From positions 1-59,177 of the IMG/VR virus record IMGVR_UViG_3300024999_000117: a stretch of DNA of 59,177 nt. One strand, given 5' to 3'. The position numbers were made by a program, and so were the translations under genes. Source of the stretch: a virus (taxonomy: Duplodnaviria; Caudoviricetes). Positions 37,532-48,161 of the stretch are shown piece by piece. Each line of letters opens with the position of its first letter. Position 1 is the stretch's first letter. The notes under the pieces were generated by a model. That model was not told the origin of the DNA and searched no databases. It saw nothing but the letters and a program-made list of their open reading frames with translations.

Positions 37532-37937
37532 TTTCCTTTTCCTCCTTGCCGCCTGACTTCCCTTTTAAAATCTCAACGGCCTGCTTAATAATGTCCGGCA
37601 CCGGCAGTCCGATCCTGCCGGAATTTTCGACTATACTCAGGAGTTCGTTGGACAGGTAAAAAAATATAACTGCATCCCTGAATACGTGTCCCTGAGCAAT
37701 AGCTGTGTCTACTAGGTGGGCCACTGCCACCATACCGAAAATAAATACTTTTCTAGCTATGCCTTTCAGCCCGACAGAACTTGACAGCACTCCTTCGATA
37801 GCAGCCGCCACCATACCTGAGAGATAATCCATAACCACAAAGGCCAGCAACACGCCCAGCAGTGTTGACCAACCGCCGAAGAAAAAGGACACCGCTGCCC
37901 CACTTACTGCTACTAGAGTTTTAAATGTGTTTTCCAT
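37524..37937 (-). CDS. Phage holin (toxin secretion/phage lysis family)
   Basis: DYLSG, GLKGIARK and NELLSIVEN..IGLPVP; GGAGGTG RBS before MENTFK. Confidence 0.9.
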   Translation of the reverse strand: MENTFKTLVAVSGAAVSFFFGGWSTLLGVLLAFVVMDYLSGMVAAAIEGVLSSSVGLKGIARKVFIFGMVAVAHLVDTAIAQGHVFRDAVIFFYLSNELLSIVENSGRIGLPVPDIIKQAVEILKGKSGGKEEKENV

Positions 37938-38043
37938 CTTGCACCTCCTGTTTAAATTAAAATAACCCCCGTTTTGGAGGTATACTTTCAAGCCTTGATT
38001 TCACTGAGGTATACATAGGTATACTTGTATACTTTTTGTATAC

Positions 38044-39759
38044 CTAAGATAATATTTTAGATTTAACCGTCCCCGCCGAAATCTGCTTCAAATAGTCCGA
38101 CAATAGCGGTTTATTAATCTTGCCACCACTGTCCACGGTAAACTGAGTATAAAACCCATCTTTGCCAAATCTGTGTGTCACCGTTGTAATAGTACCCAGC
38201 AAATTAGGCCCGTCCTCGTCGACGATCTGCGCTGCATCCCCCGGCATCACCTGCGGTCGGATCGGCCCAACAAATTCTTCTACCTCACCAGAGTTACTTA
38301 GCTGTTCAGCTATCTCAGTAGCCAATGCCGCCGCCTGGATCGATGTAGTACCATCCGGGCACTGCTGATATAGCGTTTTCTGTGCAGGAGGTAGCCAGCC
38401 CAGATTTGACGATACTGGCCTATATGCCTTAACTGCGAAATCTGAGGTATGCACGCACACCCGCCCATACGTGTTGTTGTCATCCTTCGTAACTGACCTG
38501 GAGAATACGTCCCGGTTCCGGTAAAATGTATACGTCCCAGGCTGTGTAAACGCTTCATCTGTGCGCTCTGCAATGACTACCTTGCCGTCTGGTTCCTCTC
38601 GAATCATCCAGTCCCGGACAGTCGTTAAAACGTCATTAATGCCGCTCAGAATATCCTGGTTGGGTGAAAATTCCATGCCTAACTCAGCAGTTTCAGGACC
38701 GACATAATAGTTTGTTATACCGGCACCTGTGAGGATTTGGGTTAGTAATGACTGAGTAACTACTTTGGAATAAACATTTCTCTCATCAAATGTCTGGTCT
38801 TTGAGATACTTCCCAATACTATTCCGTGCATCCACTGACACATTTGCCCTGCCTACGGCAAAATTTGTCCTGTCAACGTAAAAAGATCCCATCAGTAGGG
38901 GATCTGAGTCGCCAGCTTTGAAATTTAGTTTTATTTTTGATGCTGGCGGGTAATTTGGGATATATTCATTTATTATAAAATTTTGCCAAACAAAATATGG
39001 GTACCGGTTGTTATAGTAATTATCTATTTTCCAAATCCCATCAAAATCCCAATCAATAAATGTGGCTTGATTATGCATTTCGCTAGTTGTCTTACCTTCC
39101 CCACCTGCGCTTGTTGATTGACCAGACACCTCTGTGTCCCAGTAAGAGTTGATTACCGTAACACCTGATGCTACGCTGCCAATCATCCCTCCTGTATCAG
39201 TTGAACCAATTACAAGACCAACTGAGTATGAATTAGTAATTTGTGACTGATATCCCCTACCAACTACTCCTCCAACGTGTTGCGTGCCCATAACGGTACA
39301 AAAGGATTGACAATTAGCGACAGTACCTGACGTAAAGAGATAACCAGCTACTCCTCCAACGTATAAACTACCGTTTATCGCACCCGTACAAAAACATTCT
39401 GAAATATCTATTGCAACAAGTCCTCCAAATACACCTACATAATTAGCACCCGTTATGTCTACGTTAACGAGTCCTAATTGATGGACGGTTCCACTTCCAG
39501 AACCAATAAAAAGACCACTTTGATCTGAAGTTCTATTTATATATAGACCTGATATTTTATAACCCATGCCTTCAATTGTTCCGTTAAATGTCCCTATTGG
39601 AATCCAACCTGCGCCGTTATTCCAAGTCTCTGTCTCTGATGCGTCTATGTCAGCCGTTAGCTTGTAGTGTGCGCTTAGATAATTTCTGATATTATTCAAA
39701 TCTGTCAAGTTAGAAATTAGATAGGGATCTGCTATTGTTCCCAATCCACCACTAAACAT
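38044..39759 (-). CDS. Tail protein: GLUG-repeat N-terminus plus baseplate hub-like C-terminus
   Basis: G.GT..DPYLI, VGG..G repeats; C-terminal hub-like region. Confidence 0.7.
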   Translation of the reverse strand: MFSGGLGTIADPYLISNLTDLNNIRNYLSAHYKLTADIDASETETWNNGAGWIPIGTFNGTIEGMGYKISGLYINRTSDQSGLFIGSGSGTVHQLGLVNVDITGANYVGVFGGLVAIDISECFCTGAINGSLYVGGVAGYLFTSGTVANCQSFCTVMGTQHVGGVVGRGYQSQITNSYSVGLVIGSTDTGGMIGSVASGVTVINSYWDTEVSGQSTSAGGEGKTTSEMHNQATFIDWDFDGIWKIDNYYNNRYPYFVWQNFIINEYIPNYPPASKIKLNFKAGDSDPLLMGSFYVDRTNFAVGRANVSVDARNSIGKYLKDQTFDERNVYSKVVTQSLLTQILTGAGITNYYVGPETAELGMEFSPNQDILSGINDVLTTVRDWMIREEPDGKVVIAERTDEAFTQPGTYTFYRNRDVFSRSVTKDDNNTYGRVCVHTSDFAVKAYRPVSSNLGWLPPAQKTLYQQCPDGTTSIQAAALATEIAEQLSNSGEVEEFVGPIRPQVMPGDAAQIVDEDGPNLLGTITTVTHRFGKDGFYTQFTVDSGGKINKPLLSDYLKQISAGTVKSKILS

Positions 39760-41734
39760 ATTGATCGCCGCCTAATCCATTGACTTCCAAGGATACAGAT
39801 ATAACCGGCGTATCCTGCCGAATCGTAATACTACCGCTGACCAGCCCCAATACCTCTTCCACCTCTATCGTCTCATCTTGTGGGAATATTCTGTGCTGCC
39901 CTCTCGAACGCCAGGCAAGCCAGGTTTTGCCGTCAAAATACTTAGCTATCAGGTGCGAAATATAGCTATCTGAGGCCATGTTCACAACGACACCAAAGGC
40001 AAGCGTTCCCCAGTCATTCGAAAAAGCAGCTTCGCTCTTGGACATTGACTGTACCGCATTGACATAATACATCTTAGGCACGTCTTCTACTGTTTGAATC
40101 AAGTTTCCGCATGTCCCAGGAGGTAACGTTTTTGTATATTCAATCGTCATACTGTCTTCCTCTGTGAGTGCCAGTGTCATAACCCCATCAACATCGGCAA
40201 CAAACCCTATCCTATCATCGTTTGTTTTGAACGTACCCAGCGTGTCAGTACCGGCAGGCAATTCGGTCACTTCTACCGCTGCCGCCCAACTTGTACCATC
40301 GAATTTGCGGTAATATGTCGCCCCATCAATCGCATAAGCACAAACCAAACCTTGTGTTGCACTGCCTTTTATAGCCGAAATAACAATTCCCAGCGGGTCG
40401 TAGAAAATTTTCAGAATCGGGTAAGGACTTTCATCCTGATCGATCACAAAGTAATAGTCGAAACTAAACCAGTCCTCCTGGAATGTAGTTTCTATTCCTA
40501 GTTCGTTTGTAGTTTTTCCTTCCCCGCCATGGGTATTTGACGCAGTATTTGTGTCACTGTTGTAGTATGCCGGTGTTTCGTATGTTATGGTGCCTATCGG
40601 GTCTTCAGGGAAATACGGTGCTCCGCGATAGCCAATGATTGCCCCTCTCCTACTGCCGGTCACAGAGCCTGTGCAATAGACGTTTCTAAAGTCCAAATAA
40701 TAGGGAAATACATAACCTATTACGCCGCCAACATGCCCTGTTGCTGACACATTGCCCTGGGCAAAGGAATTAGCTATGTTTGGCGATCTATACCCGCCGC
40801 TATTGCCAGCACCAACCAGGCCTCCTGCACGATATATACCGATCACATCGCCAAGCGCATAACATCTATCAATTAGCTCAAAATCCATGAAGCCGACAAG
40901 TCCACCGACACCGATGAGACTTGTATTCCAAATCTCAGGTTCTGTAATTATCTCAGTGCCGGTTACATCACCTTCGGCATAGGATTTTCTAACCAGTGAC
41001 CTATTGCCAGCATAGCCGATTAAACCACCGACACATTTTTTTCCGGTGACTACTCCTGTCGCATAAGCAAACTCACAAGGGCAGTCAAAATAATACCCTA
41101 CTAGACCACCTACTATGTCGCCGCCTGCAATAATTCCTGTTGCATGAGACTGGTATAATTTGAGATATTTTAGGTACCCGACAAGACCACCGATATTCTC
41201 GCCAGATCCGGTTACGGCTGCCAGAGAGTAGCAAGAAGCTATTCTGCCGATTCGGTAATAATCTTCGTCTCCGTAGTCTACTCCTGCCTCAACGCCTTCG
41301 GCATAACCGACAAGGCCGCCCGCGTTAGTTCTGCCGCTTACAGTGCCTGTCGACGAACAATTTTCAGCTAGGTTAAAACCGTTTGTCGTATATTGCGTTG
41401 TTGTTATTTTCCCAGCCAGTACTCCAACATTATCCTGACCGGTAATATTGGCTCCTGTGATGTTTACATTCTTTATATTCGGAGCATTAGCCAAAACATC
41501 AAATTCGCATACGCCGAAAAGTCCTACATTGTCCGTACTCGCCCGGTCAATTGTCAGGTTAGATATTGTATATGGAGATCCGTCTAATTTGCCCGTGAAC
41601 GGTGCTGCTGTGGTTCCGATAGGCACCCAGTTAGCGTATCCTACCAGGTCTATGTCAGCGCCAAGGACGTAATCACCGTCAAGGTTAGAACGTATTGCAT
41701 CAAGGTCTGCTGGAGTTAAAATTGTAGTCGCCAC
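39752..41734 (-). CDS. Tail protein with GLUG repeats (candidate adsorption protein)
   Basis: Many V.G...GGLVG repeats; YVLGADIDL..W.PIG start. Confidence 0.75.
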   Translation of the reverse strand: MATTILTPADLDAIRSNLDGDYVLGADIDLVGYANWVPIGTTAAPFTGKLDGSPYTISNLTIDRASTDNVGLFGVCEFDVLANAPNIKNVNITGANITGQDNVGVLAGKITTTQYTTNGFNLAENCSSTGTVSGRTNAGGLVGYAEGVEAGVDYGDEDYYRIGRIASCYSLAAVTGSGENIGGLVGYLKYLKLYQSHATGIIAGGDIVGGLVGYYFDCPCEFAYATGVVTGKKCVGGLIGYAGNRSLVRKSYAEGDVTGTEIITEPEIWNTSLIGVGGLVGFMDFELIDRCYALGDVIGIYRAGGLVGAGNSGGYRSPNIANSFAQGNVSATGHVGGVIGYVFPYYLDFRNVYCTGSVTGSRRGAIIGYRGAPYFPEDPIGTITYETPAYYNSDTNTASNTHGGEGKTTNELGIETTFQEDWFSFDYYFVIDQDESPYPILKIFYDPLGIVISAIKGSATQGLVCAYAIDGATYYRKFDGTSWAAAVEVTELPAGTDTLGTFKTNDDRIGFVADVDGVMTLALTEEDSMTIEYTKTLPPGTCGNLIQTVEDVPKMYYVNAVQSMSKSEAAFSNDWGTLAFGVVVNMASDSYISHLIAKYFDGKTWLAWRSRGQHRIFPQDETIEVEEVLGLVSGSITIRQDTPVISVSLEVNGLGGDQYV

Positions 41735-41738
41735 ATTA

Positions 41739-42203
41739 TCACCTCGCCACTGAAACTAATTCTGTACCTGCCGGTTGCGTACCGGTTCCGTCCCACTGCA
41801 GCGCCCAAATCTTATCATAACTCACGCCTCTCTCTACCCAAAAGAGCCAGGGCAGTTCACCATCGAAGGTAATCGACACATCCCTGACCTTCGCATCAAC
41901 TTCCTCAGTGGCAAGGGTGAATGTCCTGTCAGGCGCAGTAAAATCAATCGTTTCGGCATAGGTATAGACATTTACGACAGCTTGACCACTCACAACAGCA
42001 ACGATCCATATTTCAGTTGCGGCATCGACTACGATTTTGGGGGCTAAGTCAACGCTACCCAGGGTTCCGCTACGAATTGTTTGGATGTCAAGGGTACGGT
42101 TTGCTTTGACTATTACGGCCTCCATACGCGGATCGGCGTTATTGTAGATGGTTTGCTGAACTAGGTTTATGCGGGCCTGGATATCAGCGGGTAAAGCTCT
42201 CAT
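41739..42203 (-). CDS. Minor tail protein
   Basis: Likely start MRALPAD after a GAGGAGG RBS; position after the Dit-like gene. Confidence 0.6.
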   Translation of the reverse strand: MRALPADIQARINLVQQTIYNNADPRMEAVIVKANRTLDIQTIRSGTLGSVDLAPKIVVDAATEIWIVAVVSGQAVVNVYTYAETIDFTAPDRTFTLATEEVDAKVRDVSITFDGELPWLFWVERGVSYDKIWALQWDGTGTQPAGTELVSVAR

Positions 42204-42547
42204 ACTGTGCCCTCCTCGGAGACAATCAGGGTAAAGCTTGTTTTGTAAGTTCCAGGCGCTAACTTTTCCCACTTCGGACTGCCGCGAATTATGCCTGTGT
42301 AATAATTGCCGTCTGCGGTGACTTTTACGGGCGTTTTTAGCGACTTATAGACGTCTATACTGTTCTTGTCGGTTACAGATGTGACAATTAATGCAACTTC
42401 ACAAATCCGCGCCGGACTGCCTATAGTTTGGATATGGATTGAATTATCAAGCAGCTTATTTTCAACCTCTTGGGTTTCGTAGTCTGGAATAACGGAGGTG
42501 ACGCGATCTGTAATAAGCACATCGGCAGAAGTGTATAAACTTGCCAC
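42200..42547 (-). CDS. Distal tail-like protein
   Basis: Position immediately after tape measure; beta-rich. Confidence 0.55.
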   Translation of the reverse strand: MASLYTSADVLITDRVTSVIPDYETQEVENKLLDNSIHIQTIGSPARICEVALIVTSVTDKNSIDVYKSLKTPVKVTADGNYYTGIIRGSPKWEKLAPGTYKTSFTLIVSEEGTV

Positions 42548-45500
42548 TAGATACGCACCTCCCGGCGAAGTTGATCCATGATAATATCTACAGCACCCAT
42601 TAGCTGATTCTGATTATTTACACCTTCTACACGTATAGTTCCGGTGTGGTTGACTGTTTGCGCAGTTGACTCACCTTCCGGAATCACTCTTTCACCATTC
42701 GCGAGCAAAGCCAATCCTTCAACTTGCCCGAAGGGTGCCTTAAATATACCTCCTCCGTGTAGTACGGGTATATTAGCTATATTCACTCCCCAAGTTTTGT
42801 TTTGAATGCTATTGGGAAGAATATCCCAGTCGGGGGTAGACACACTTATGGTATTTAAACCATCAATAACATAATTTATACCTTCGATCATAACATTTAA
42901 AACTGATTTTATAGGTTCCCACATACCTTCCCACAGACCGATAAAGAAATCTCCAAAACCATTCCAAACATCTTCGAAATAGTCAGCGGTTGCCCTCATT
43001 GGCTCTAGCATACTTTCCCATAGATCAGTAAAAAATACCTTAAAGCCTTGCCATGCCTCCGTAAAATAATCTACCGTTGCTTTTACCGTATCAGCCATCA
43101 TTCCGACTAGTGCAACGATTGCATCTGCGTAAGTTACCGTGTTTTTGTCTTTTGCTGAATTATCAGGAGACTTGTCTTCGTTGTCTGCGTCCTTGGTTTT
43201 AACGCCTAATTCTCCCTTCAATTCATCTATCTTATCTTTCTCATTATCGTATCTTTCATTTACGGATTCAGTTATAGCCTCGTATGCTTCTTTAGCAGCT
43301 AGTTCCTGTTCCTCGTATGTTTTCTTAATTCTTTCAAGATTTTCGTTGGCTAAATTTGTTTCTATCTCATATGATGACTCTATTTTTTCTATCTTGATGT
43401 CCGTTTCAGTTTCAAGTGCATTAGTATCTGCTTTGTGTATTTTTTCGGCCTCAGCCAGACTATTTTCAGCAAGTTTCTTTTTCTGCTCAAAAGAATTCCT
43501 TACGGTATCCATCTGACTGCGGATACTTTCCTTGTTTTTATCTACTTCCTGTTTCCTAGTCCATTCGGCAAGTTCAGCAATAGCCTTTGCCTTGTCTTCT
43601 GCGGTTTCTGCTTCATCTATCGCCTTTTGCAGTCTGCTACGCTCGGCATCCTGATCCCTCTTCTTTTCCTCCGCATCTATGGAATCCAGTTGTCCCTGTA
43701 GTGCCGCCAGATCGCCGTCCCTTGATAATTCCGCTGCTTCAATTATTTTGGCGTAGCTATCTTTAGCTTTTTCGTATATCTGATCATAATAATCCTTCTG
43801 CTTGTCAGCATAATCTTTAGCCGCTTCAACCTTTTCATCTCTTGCTTTTTTGGCTAAGTCTATGCTCTTTTCAATCATTTCTTTCTCTGCCTCATACGCT
43901 TCTTTTGAAGCCTTTTGGCTTTCTTCGTAGTTAATTTTAGCTAGTTCTTTGTCATCAACTTTAATTTCAACCTGCTCTATTCCGATACCGTCAAGCCTAT
44001 CTTTTAGCTGCTCAGAAGTATACGCGGCATGTTCTAACTGCGAACTATCCACAGGTATTGGTGTTTTATTTTCAGCTAACTTATCTTTTTGTACCTTCAA
44101 TTCTTGCGCTTTAATTTTTGCGCTGTCAATTTTAGCTGGATCAACTTCTACCTTTTTTTTCTCTTCGAGTAAGCCCAATTTACCCCTTACCCATTCGATA
44201 CCCTTGTCTATCTTTTTAAATAACCATCCCAGGGCATCAATTAAAGGTTGTATCGGTTTGGTGATGTAATTCCATGCCGCCACCATGAAACTTTTAAAGC
44301 CGCTAAATCTTGCATCTATGGCGTTTACCGTACCGATAATAATGCTTTTAATGCCGTTCCAGACAGCCATTCCAATTTTTTTGACATCATCCCAATGTTT
44401 AAGCAGTTGATAGCCGATAGTAATTAAAATAGCTATTGCGGCTACAATAAGACCTTGGGGAGTTAATAGAAATGCCAGCATTGCCCTGCCTAAAGCAGTT
44501 ACTGCCGCTGTAAGCATTGGCAAAACGACAGATCCAAGAGAGGTAAATAAAAGTATTATTGCCCTTATTGGAGTCGTTAGCCTTGTCAACCAAGTCATCA
44601 ACAAAGGAGCGTTGGCCGTTACCCACAAAAAACTTGCTGCAAGTTTGGCAAAGTAACCGACAAATATCATAAATATGCCACCGGTGATTAGCAAACCTGC
44701 TCCCAGTGCGACAATTACTGTTATAGTACTCTTTACCCACTCAGGAAGCGAACCAAAAGCGTTAGCTAGTACGGTTAAGCCTTTTACGATATTATTTAGT
44801 AGCGGCAAGAATGTGTTACCGATGGATATTTGCAAATCCTCTATCGAACTAGAAAATATTTTTAGGCTACCTTTATAGTTATCCAATTGCTTTTTGGCTA
44901 TTTCTGCCGCCTTGCCAGTGCTGTTTTCAAGTTCTTTTGTATACTCCCGAAGTTTTTCTGGCCCAGCATCAAGTAACGCTAACATTGCCGGAGCACCACG
45001 CGCACCAGCTAAATACGCTGCTACTGCAAGTTTCTGTTTATCTGTAGCATTAGCTGTAGCATCAGCTATTCTTTGGATTATATCGGGGAATGGAAGTATC
45101 TTGCCGTTTGCGTCCTCTATGCTTATGCCAAGTGCCTTCATCGTTTTTACTACTGCGCTTGGTTCGGTTGATAGTCTTAGGAAGATATTCCTGAGAGCAG
45201 TACCGGCCATATCAGCCTTTATCCCAACATCTCCAAGTATCCCAGCAGCTGCGGCAACCTGCTCTAATGATACCCCAGCAGCCCTAGCAACAGGCCCGAC
45301 ATATTTCATCGTCTGACCAAGTGTTTCCAATGTAGTGTTTGACGTGACAAAGGTTTTTGTCAAAACATCAGCCACTCTGTTCATTTCGCTTGCTTCTATG
45401 CCGTATGCTCTTAGGACATTGCTTGCGATATCCGCAGTTTCAGCCAAAGCCACCTGTCCAGCAGCCGCCATGTCAAGGAGTCCAGGCATTGCCGATATCG

Positions 45501-45918
45501 TCTCGCTTACTTTAAAACCTGCCATCGAAAGTGACTGCATCGCCTGCGCTGCTTCAGTAGCGGTATAAGCGGTATCCCTACCTAACTGCCTTGCCGTTTC
45601 TGTTAACTTAGCTAATTCTTCTTCTGTTGCGCCGCTTATCGCACCTACGCGCGCAACCGCATACTCAAAATCAGCCGCAACATTAACTGACGAACCAAGC
45701 ACAGCGCCTATGCCTAAACCCATAGCAGTTACGCCTATGCCTATTTGCTTAATAGAATTCAGTACATCGCGGTTCATCTGATTAATGTTTCTTGTCACTC
45801 TACTTTGTACATTAGAGCTGAATCGCGTTATATCCAAAGTTGCACGCTGTAAATTAGCTTGGAAATTTTCAGTATTAAGACCAAGCGCGACAACTAAACT
45901 AGGTAGTTTTGATGCCAA
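42547..45918 (-). CDS. Tape measure protein (TP901 family)
   Basis: VGAISGAT...YTATEAAQAM..LSMAG, AGTALRNI; TM and coiled-coil regions; 1123 aa. Confidence 0.95.
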   Translation of the reverse strand: MASKLPSLVVALGLNTENFQANLQRATLDITRFSSNVQSRVTRNINQMNRDVLNSIKQIGIGVTAMGLGIGAVLGSSVNVAADFEYAVARVGAISGATEEELAKLTETARQLGRDTAYTATEAAQAMQSLSMAGFKVSETISAMPGLLDMAAAGQVALAETADIASNVLRAYGIEASEMNRVADVLTKTFVTSNTTLETLGQTMKYVGPVARAAGVSLEQVAAAAGILGDVGIKADMAGTALRNIFLRLSTEPSAVVKTMKALGISIEDANGKILPFPDIIQRIADATANATDKQKLAVAAYLAGARGAPAMLALLDAGPEKLREYTKELENSTGKAAEIAKKQLDNYKGSLKIFSSSIEDLQISIGNTFLPLLNNIVKGLTVLANAFGSLPEWVKSTITVIVALGAGLLITGGIFMIFVGYFAKLAASFLWVTANAPLLMTWLTRLTTPIRAIILLFTSLGSVVLPMLTAAVTALGRAMLAFLLTPQGLIVAAIAILITIGYQLLKHWDDVKKIGMAVWNGIKSIIIGTVNAIDARFSGFKSFMVAAWNYITKPIQPLIDALGWLFKKIDKGIEWVRGKLGLLEEKKKVEVDPAKIDSAKIKAQELKVQKDKLAENKTPIPVDSSQLEHAAYTSEQLKDRLDGIGIEQVEIKVDDKELAKINYEESQKASKEAYEAEKEMIEKSIDLAKKARDEKVEAAKDYADKQKDYYDQIYEKAKDSYAKIIEAAELSRDGDLAALQGQLDSIDAEEKKRDQDAERSRLQKAIDEAETAEDKAKAIAELAEWTRKQEVDKNKESIRSQMDTVRNSFEQKKKLAENSLAEAEKIHKADTNALETETDIKIEKIESSYEIETNLANENLERIKKTYEEQELAAKEAYEAITESVNERYDNEKDKIDELKGELGVKTKDADNEDKSPDNSAKDKNTVTYADAIVALVGMMADTVKATVDYFTEAWQGFKVFFTDLWESMLEPMRATADYFEDVWNGFGDFFIGLWEGMWEPIKSVLNVMIEGINYVIDGLNTISVSTPDWDILPNSIQNKTWGVNIANIPVLHGGGIFKAPFGQVEGLALLANGERVIPEGESTAQTVNHTGTIRVEGVNNQNQLMGAVDIIMDQLRREVRI

Positions 45919-45991
45919 ATATATTCACCTTCTTTCTATGAAGGGATTTTTTCTCTTTTAACGAATAGGTTATAAAAAGGAGTGATGCGTA

Positions 45992-46378
45992 ATGGTAAAA
46001 AAATATAAACCTGGGGAATTGGGCACTGAATCAAAACCAGTAAAAACAAAAGGCTGTTTGATTGCGTTTGGATTATTCGTACTCTTTGCAATATTGGTTT
46101 CATCATGTGTTAAACCGGAACCAAAAGACAGTGCACTAAGTGCCTATATAATCTCCCAGCAATTTGTTGAAGAAAAACTAAGATCACCATCTACTGCAAA
46201 ATTCCCGATGTTTCGAGAGGCACACGTCACTAATATAGATGAAGGTAAATACATTGTAATTGCTTACGTAGATGCTCAAAATCATTTTGGTGCCACGGTT
46301 CGGAGTAATTTTAGTGCTACAGTTAAGTACGCAGGAGACAACAACTGGAATTGCGAAGCATTAAATATGTGGGAGTAG
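45992..46378 (+). CDS. Membrane or lipoprotein moron, opposite strand
   Basis: Hydrophobic stretch ending VSSC; LRSPSTAKF..VDAQNHFGA; AGGAG RBS. Confidence 0.8.
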   Translation: MVKKYKPGELGTESKPVKTKGCLIAFGLFVLFAILVSSCVKPEPKDSALSAYIISQQFVEEKLRSPSTAKFPMFREAHVTNIDEGKYIVIAYVDAQNHFGATVRSNFSATVKYAGDNNWNCEALNMWE

Positions 46379-46383
46379 GCAGG

Positions 46384-47078
46384 TTAATCCCCTGCCTTCG
46401 TTTCATCCTCCCCGCCATAAGCAATATTAAGCAGTTTCACCATTTCCAGCTGATCTTCCCATTTTTGCTTTTTCTTATCTACATCTTTTTTAGGTATAAA
46501 ATCGCTGGGGGTAAACGCTCTCGGATTTTTATCCTTATTCCTGTTGCAGTTAGCTATTACCGATGCAACGATACCAAATCGGAAAAACTCCCGATCTTCG
46601 CGTATATTGTAGCCTTCAATAATACCCATCCATTCTTTCGGAGTTAAACACCAGAATTCCCAAGGTTTTAGGCCAATTATGTATGCCGATTTCTCGGCTT
46701 TTTCGATGGAATCAGAAAAGCGAAGGTCAGTTAATGCACCGCCTCCGCTGTCGGGTTTCCCTCTTCTTTATCCTCGCCCAAAACGCCGGACATTTTAAGA
46801 GCAACGCCGATAAAATTAGAAATTGTATCAAGGGTGCCGCCGTTTTCGATAAATCTCTGAATAATACTGCCTGTGCGTTCAATGGTAAGCCCCTTGTCCT
46901 GCCATTTAAGACCTGCCCAAGTCAACATTCTTATGGTGGACATACCCGCTTTTTCTTCGGACAAAAATTTACCTATACCAAAACCAGATTTATCCTCCAG
47001 ATCCGCTATGGCATTAAAGTCGTAGCGGAGTTTCCTTAACTTGTCCAGTTCAATTTCAACACCTCTGTTTTCGATCAT
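46384..47078 (-). CDS. Tail assembly chaperone G (46731-47078) and -1 frameshift GT extension
   Basis: Slippery G GGA AAC at 46755-46761; -1 frame open through GLKPWEFWCLTPKE into ORF 46384-46629. Confidence 0.85.
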
Positions 47079-47080
47079 GA

Positions 47081-47302
47081 CTAATTCTCCTTATGTGAAA
47101 ACTTTTCAATCAAAATTTTAGCTTCTCCCTCATACTCCAATTCTCCTATTAAACTAAGAGTAACTATCGGAGTCTCACACGCCACTGCCTTAATTTCAGT
47201 CGCTCTTATGCCTTCTATCTTTACCCCGTTTATTTCAACGGTTCCAAATCCATTACAATCAAGCACTACTTTAATTTTAGCTAAATCCATAGGTTTAGCC
47301 AC
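47081..47302 (-). CDS. Hypothetical tail-region protein
   Basis: Short ORF between major tail and chaperone. Confidence 0.6.
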   Translation of the reverse strand: MAKPMDLAKIKVVLDCNGFGTVEINGVKIEGIRATEIKAVACETPIVTLSLIGELEYEGEAKILIEKFSHKEN

Positions 47303-47303
47303 C

Positions 47304-48020
47304 CTACGAAGCTGCCCTAGACAGATATATCGTATATGTCTTGGTGCTCTTATTAGTTTCAGTAACAGTTATCGTAATCGTAGTAACACTTCCTGCCGCT
47401 CCTAATGTGATCGCGCTTGATTCCACTCCGGTTGCTACTGTATTTCCGTTTACAGTTATTACGCCTGCCGATGCTGTCGGGGTTACGGTTACGCTTGTTA
47501 CACCTGTTAAAACAGTTGCTACATAAGTAGTCGTTGCCTGCGCCTTGGTCGGGGTGACTACCGCACTCTCAGAAATAACAAAGAAAGGGGTTGTCAGACC
47601 TGCAGATGCAGAAGTCGCCAGAGTCGGCTTGCCGGTAATTTTCAGCGTTGCGTTAAAAGTGAGTTTCCCGTCGATGGGAGCATCAGAAGCCTTGAACCCG
47701 GTAACAAGTGCGCTAAAACTCCAAGATATGCCGGTTGCAGTGGGAAATGTAATAACAAAAGCAGATACTGACTTTGCGTTCATCGCTGTTAGCAATGCCG
47801 ATTGACCCGCATTGCCGGGATAAAAGTTGCCTTCAATTGGCACCTCTCCAGCATCTAGGACAGTTCCGATGAATTCGCGATACGAGTTTGCGCTGTCGTG
47901 GTTTGTTGCATCAATAGTTGCAAGTTTTGCGTCAATGCCGCCGATATTGGCTAATTCTGCAACGGCAACGCCGCCGATAGTTAACGCTGTTCCGAAAGCT
48001 GAACTTGCTGTTGTGGTCAT
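47304..48020 (-). CDS. Major tail tube protein with C-terminal cadherin/Ig-like domain
   Basis: IDATNHDS...EFIG..D.GE tube motif; YVATV..VTVTPT..ITVNG...YTI beta sandwich. Confidence 0.85.
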   Translation of the reverse strand: MTTTASSAFGTALTIGGVAVAELANIGGIDAKLATIDATNHDSANSYREFIGTVLDAGEVPIEGNFYPGNAGQSALLTAMNAKSVSAFVITFPTATGISWSFSALVTGFKASDAPIDGKLTFNATLKITGKPTLATSASAGLTTPFFVISESAVVTPTKAQATTTYVATVLTGVTSVTVTPTASAGVITVNGNTVATGVESSAITLGAAGSVTTITITVTETNKSTKTYTIYLSRAAS

Positions 48021-48157
48021 GATTTTACCCCCTGTTTAATTTTTTCTAGCATAGCAATTATTTTGTCTAAGGTTTTGTTGTGCTTTCTATGCTCAAAATA
48101 AAGAGACAAGAAAAGAACAATATTTAAAGTTAGTGAGAAAAATAAAATACAGGACAT
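48017..48157 (-). CDS. Single-TM peptide of 46 aa, absent from ORF track
   Basis: MSCILFFSLTLNIVLFLSLYFEHRK...; GGAGG RBS; ATGA overlap with the major tail gene. Confidence 0.45.
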   Translation of the reverse strand: MSCILFFSLTLNIVLFLSLYFEHRKHNKTLDKIIAMLEKIKQGVKS

Positions 48158-48161
48158 GCTT

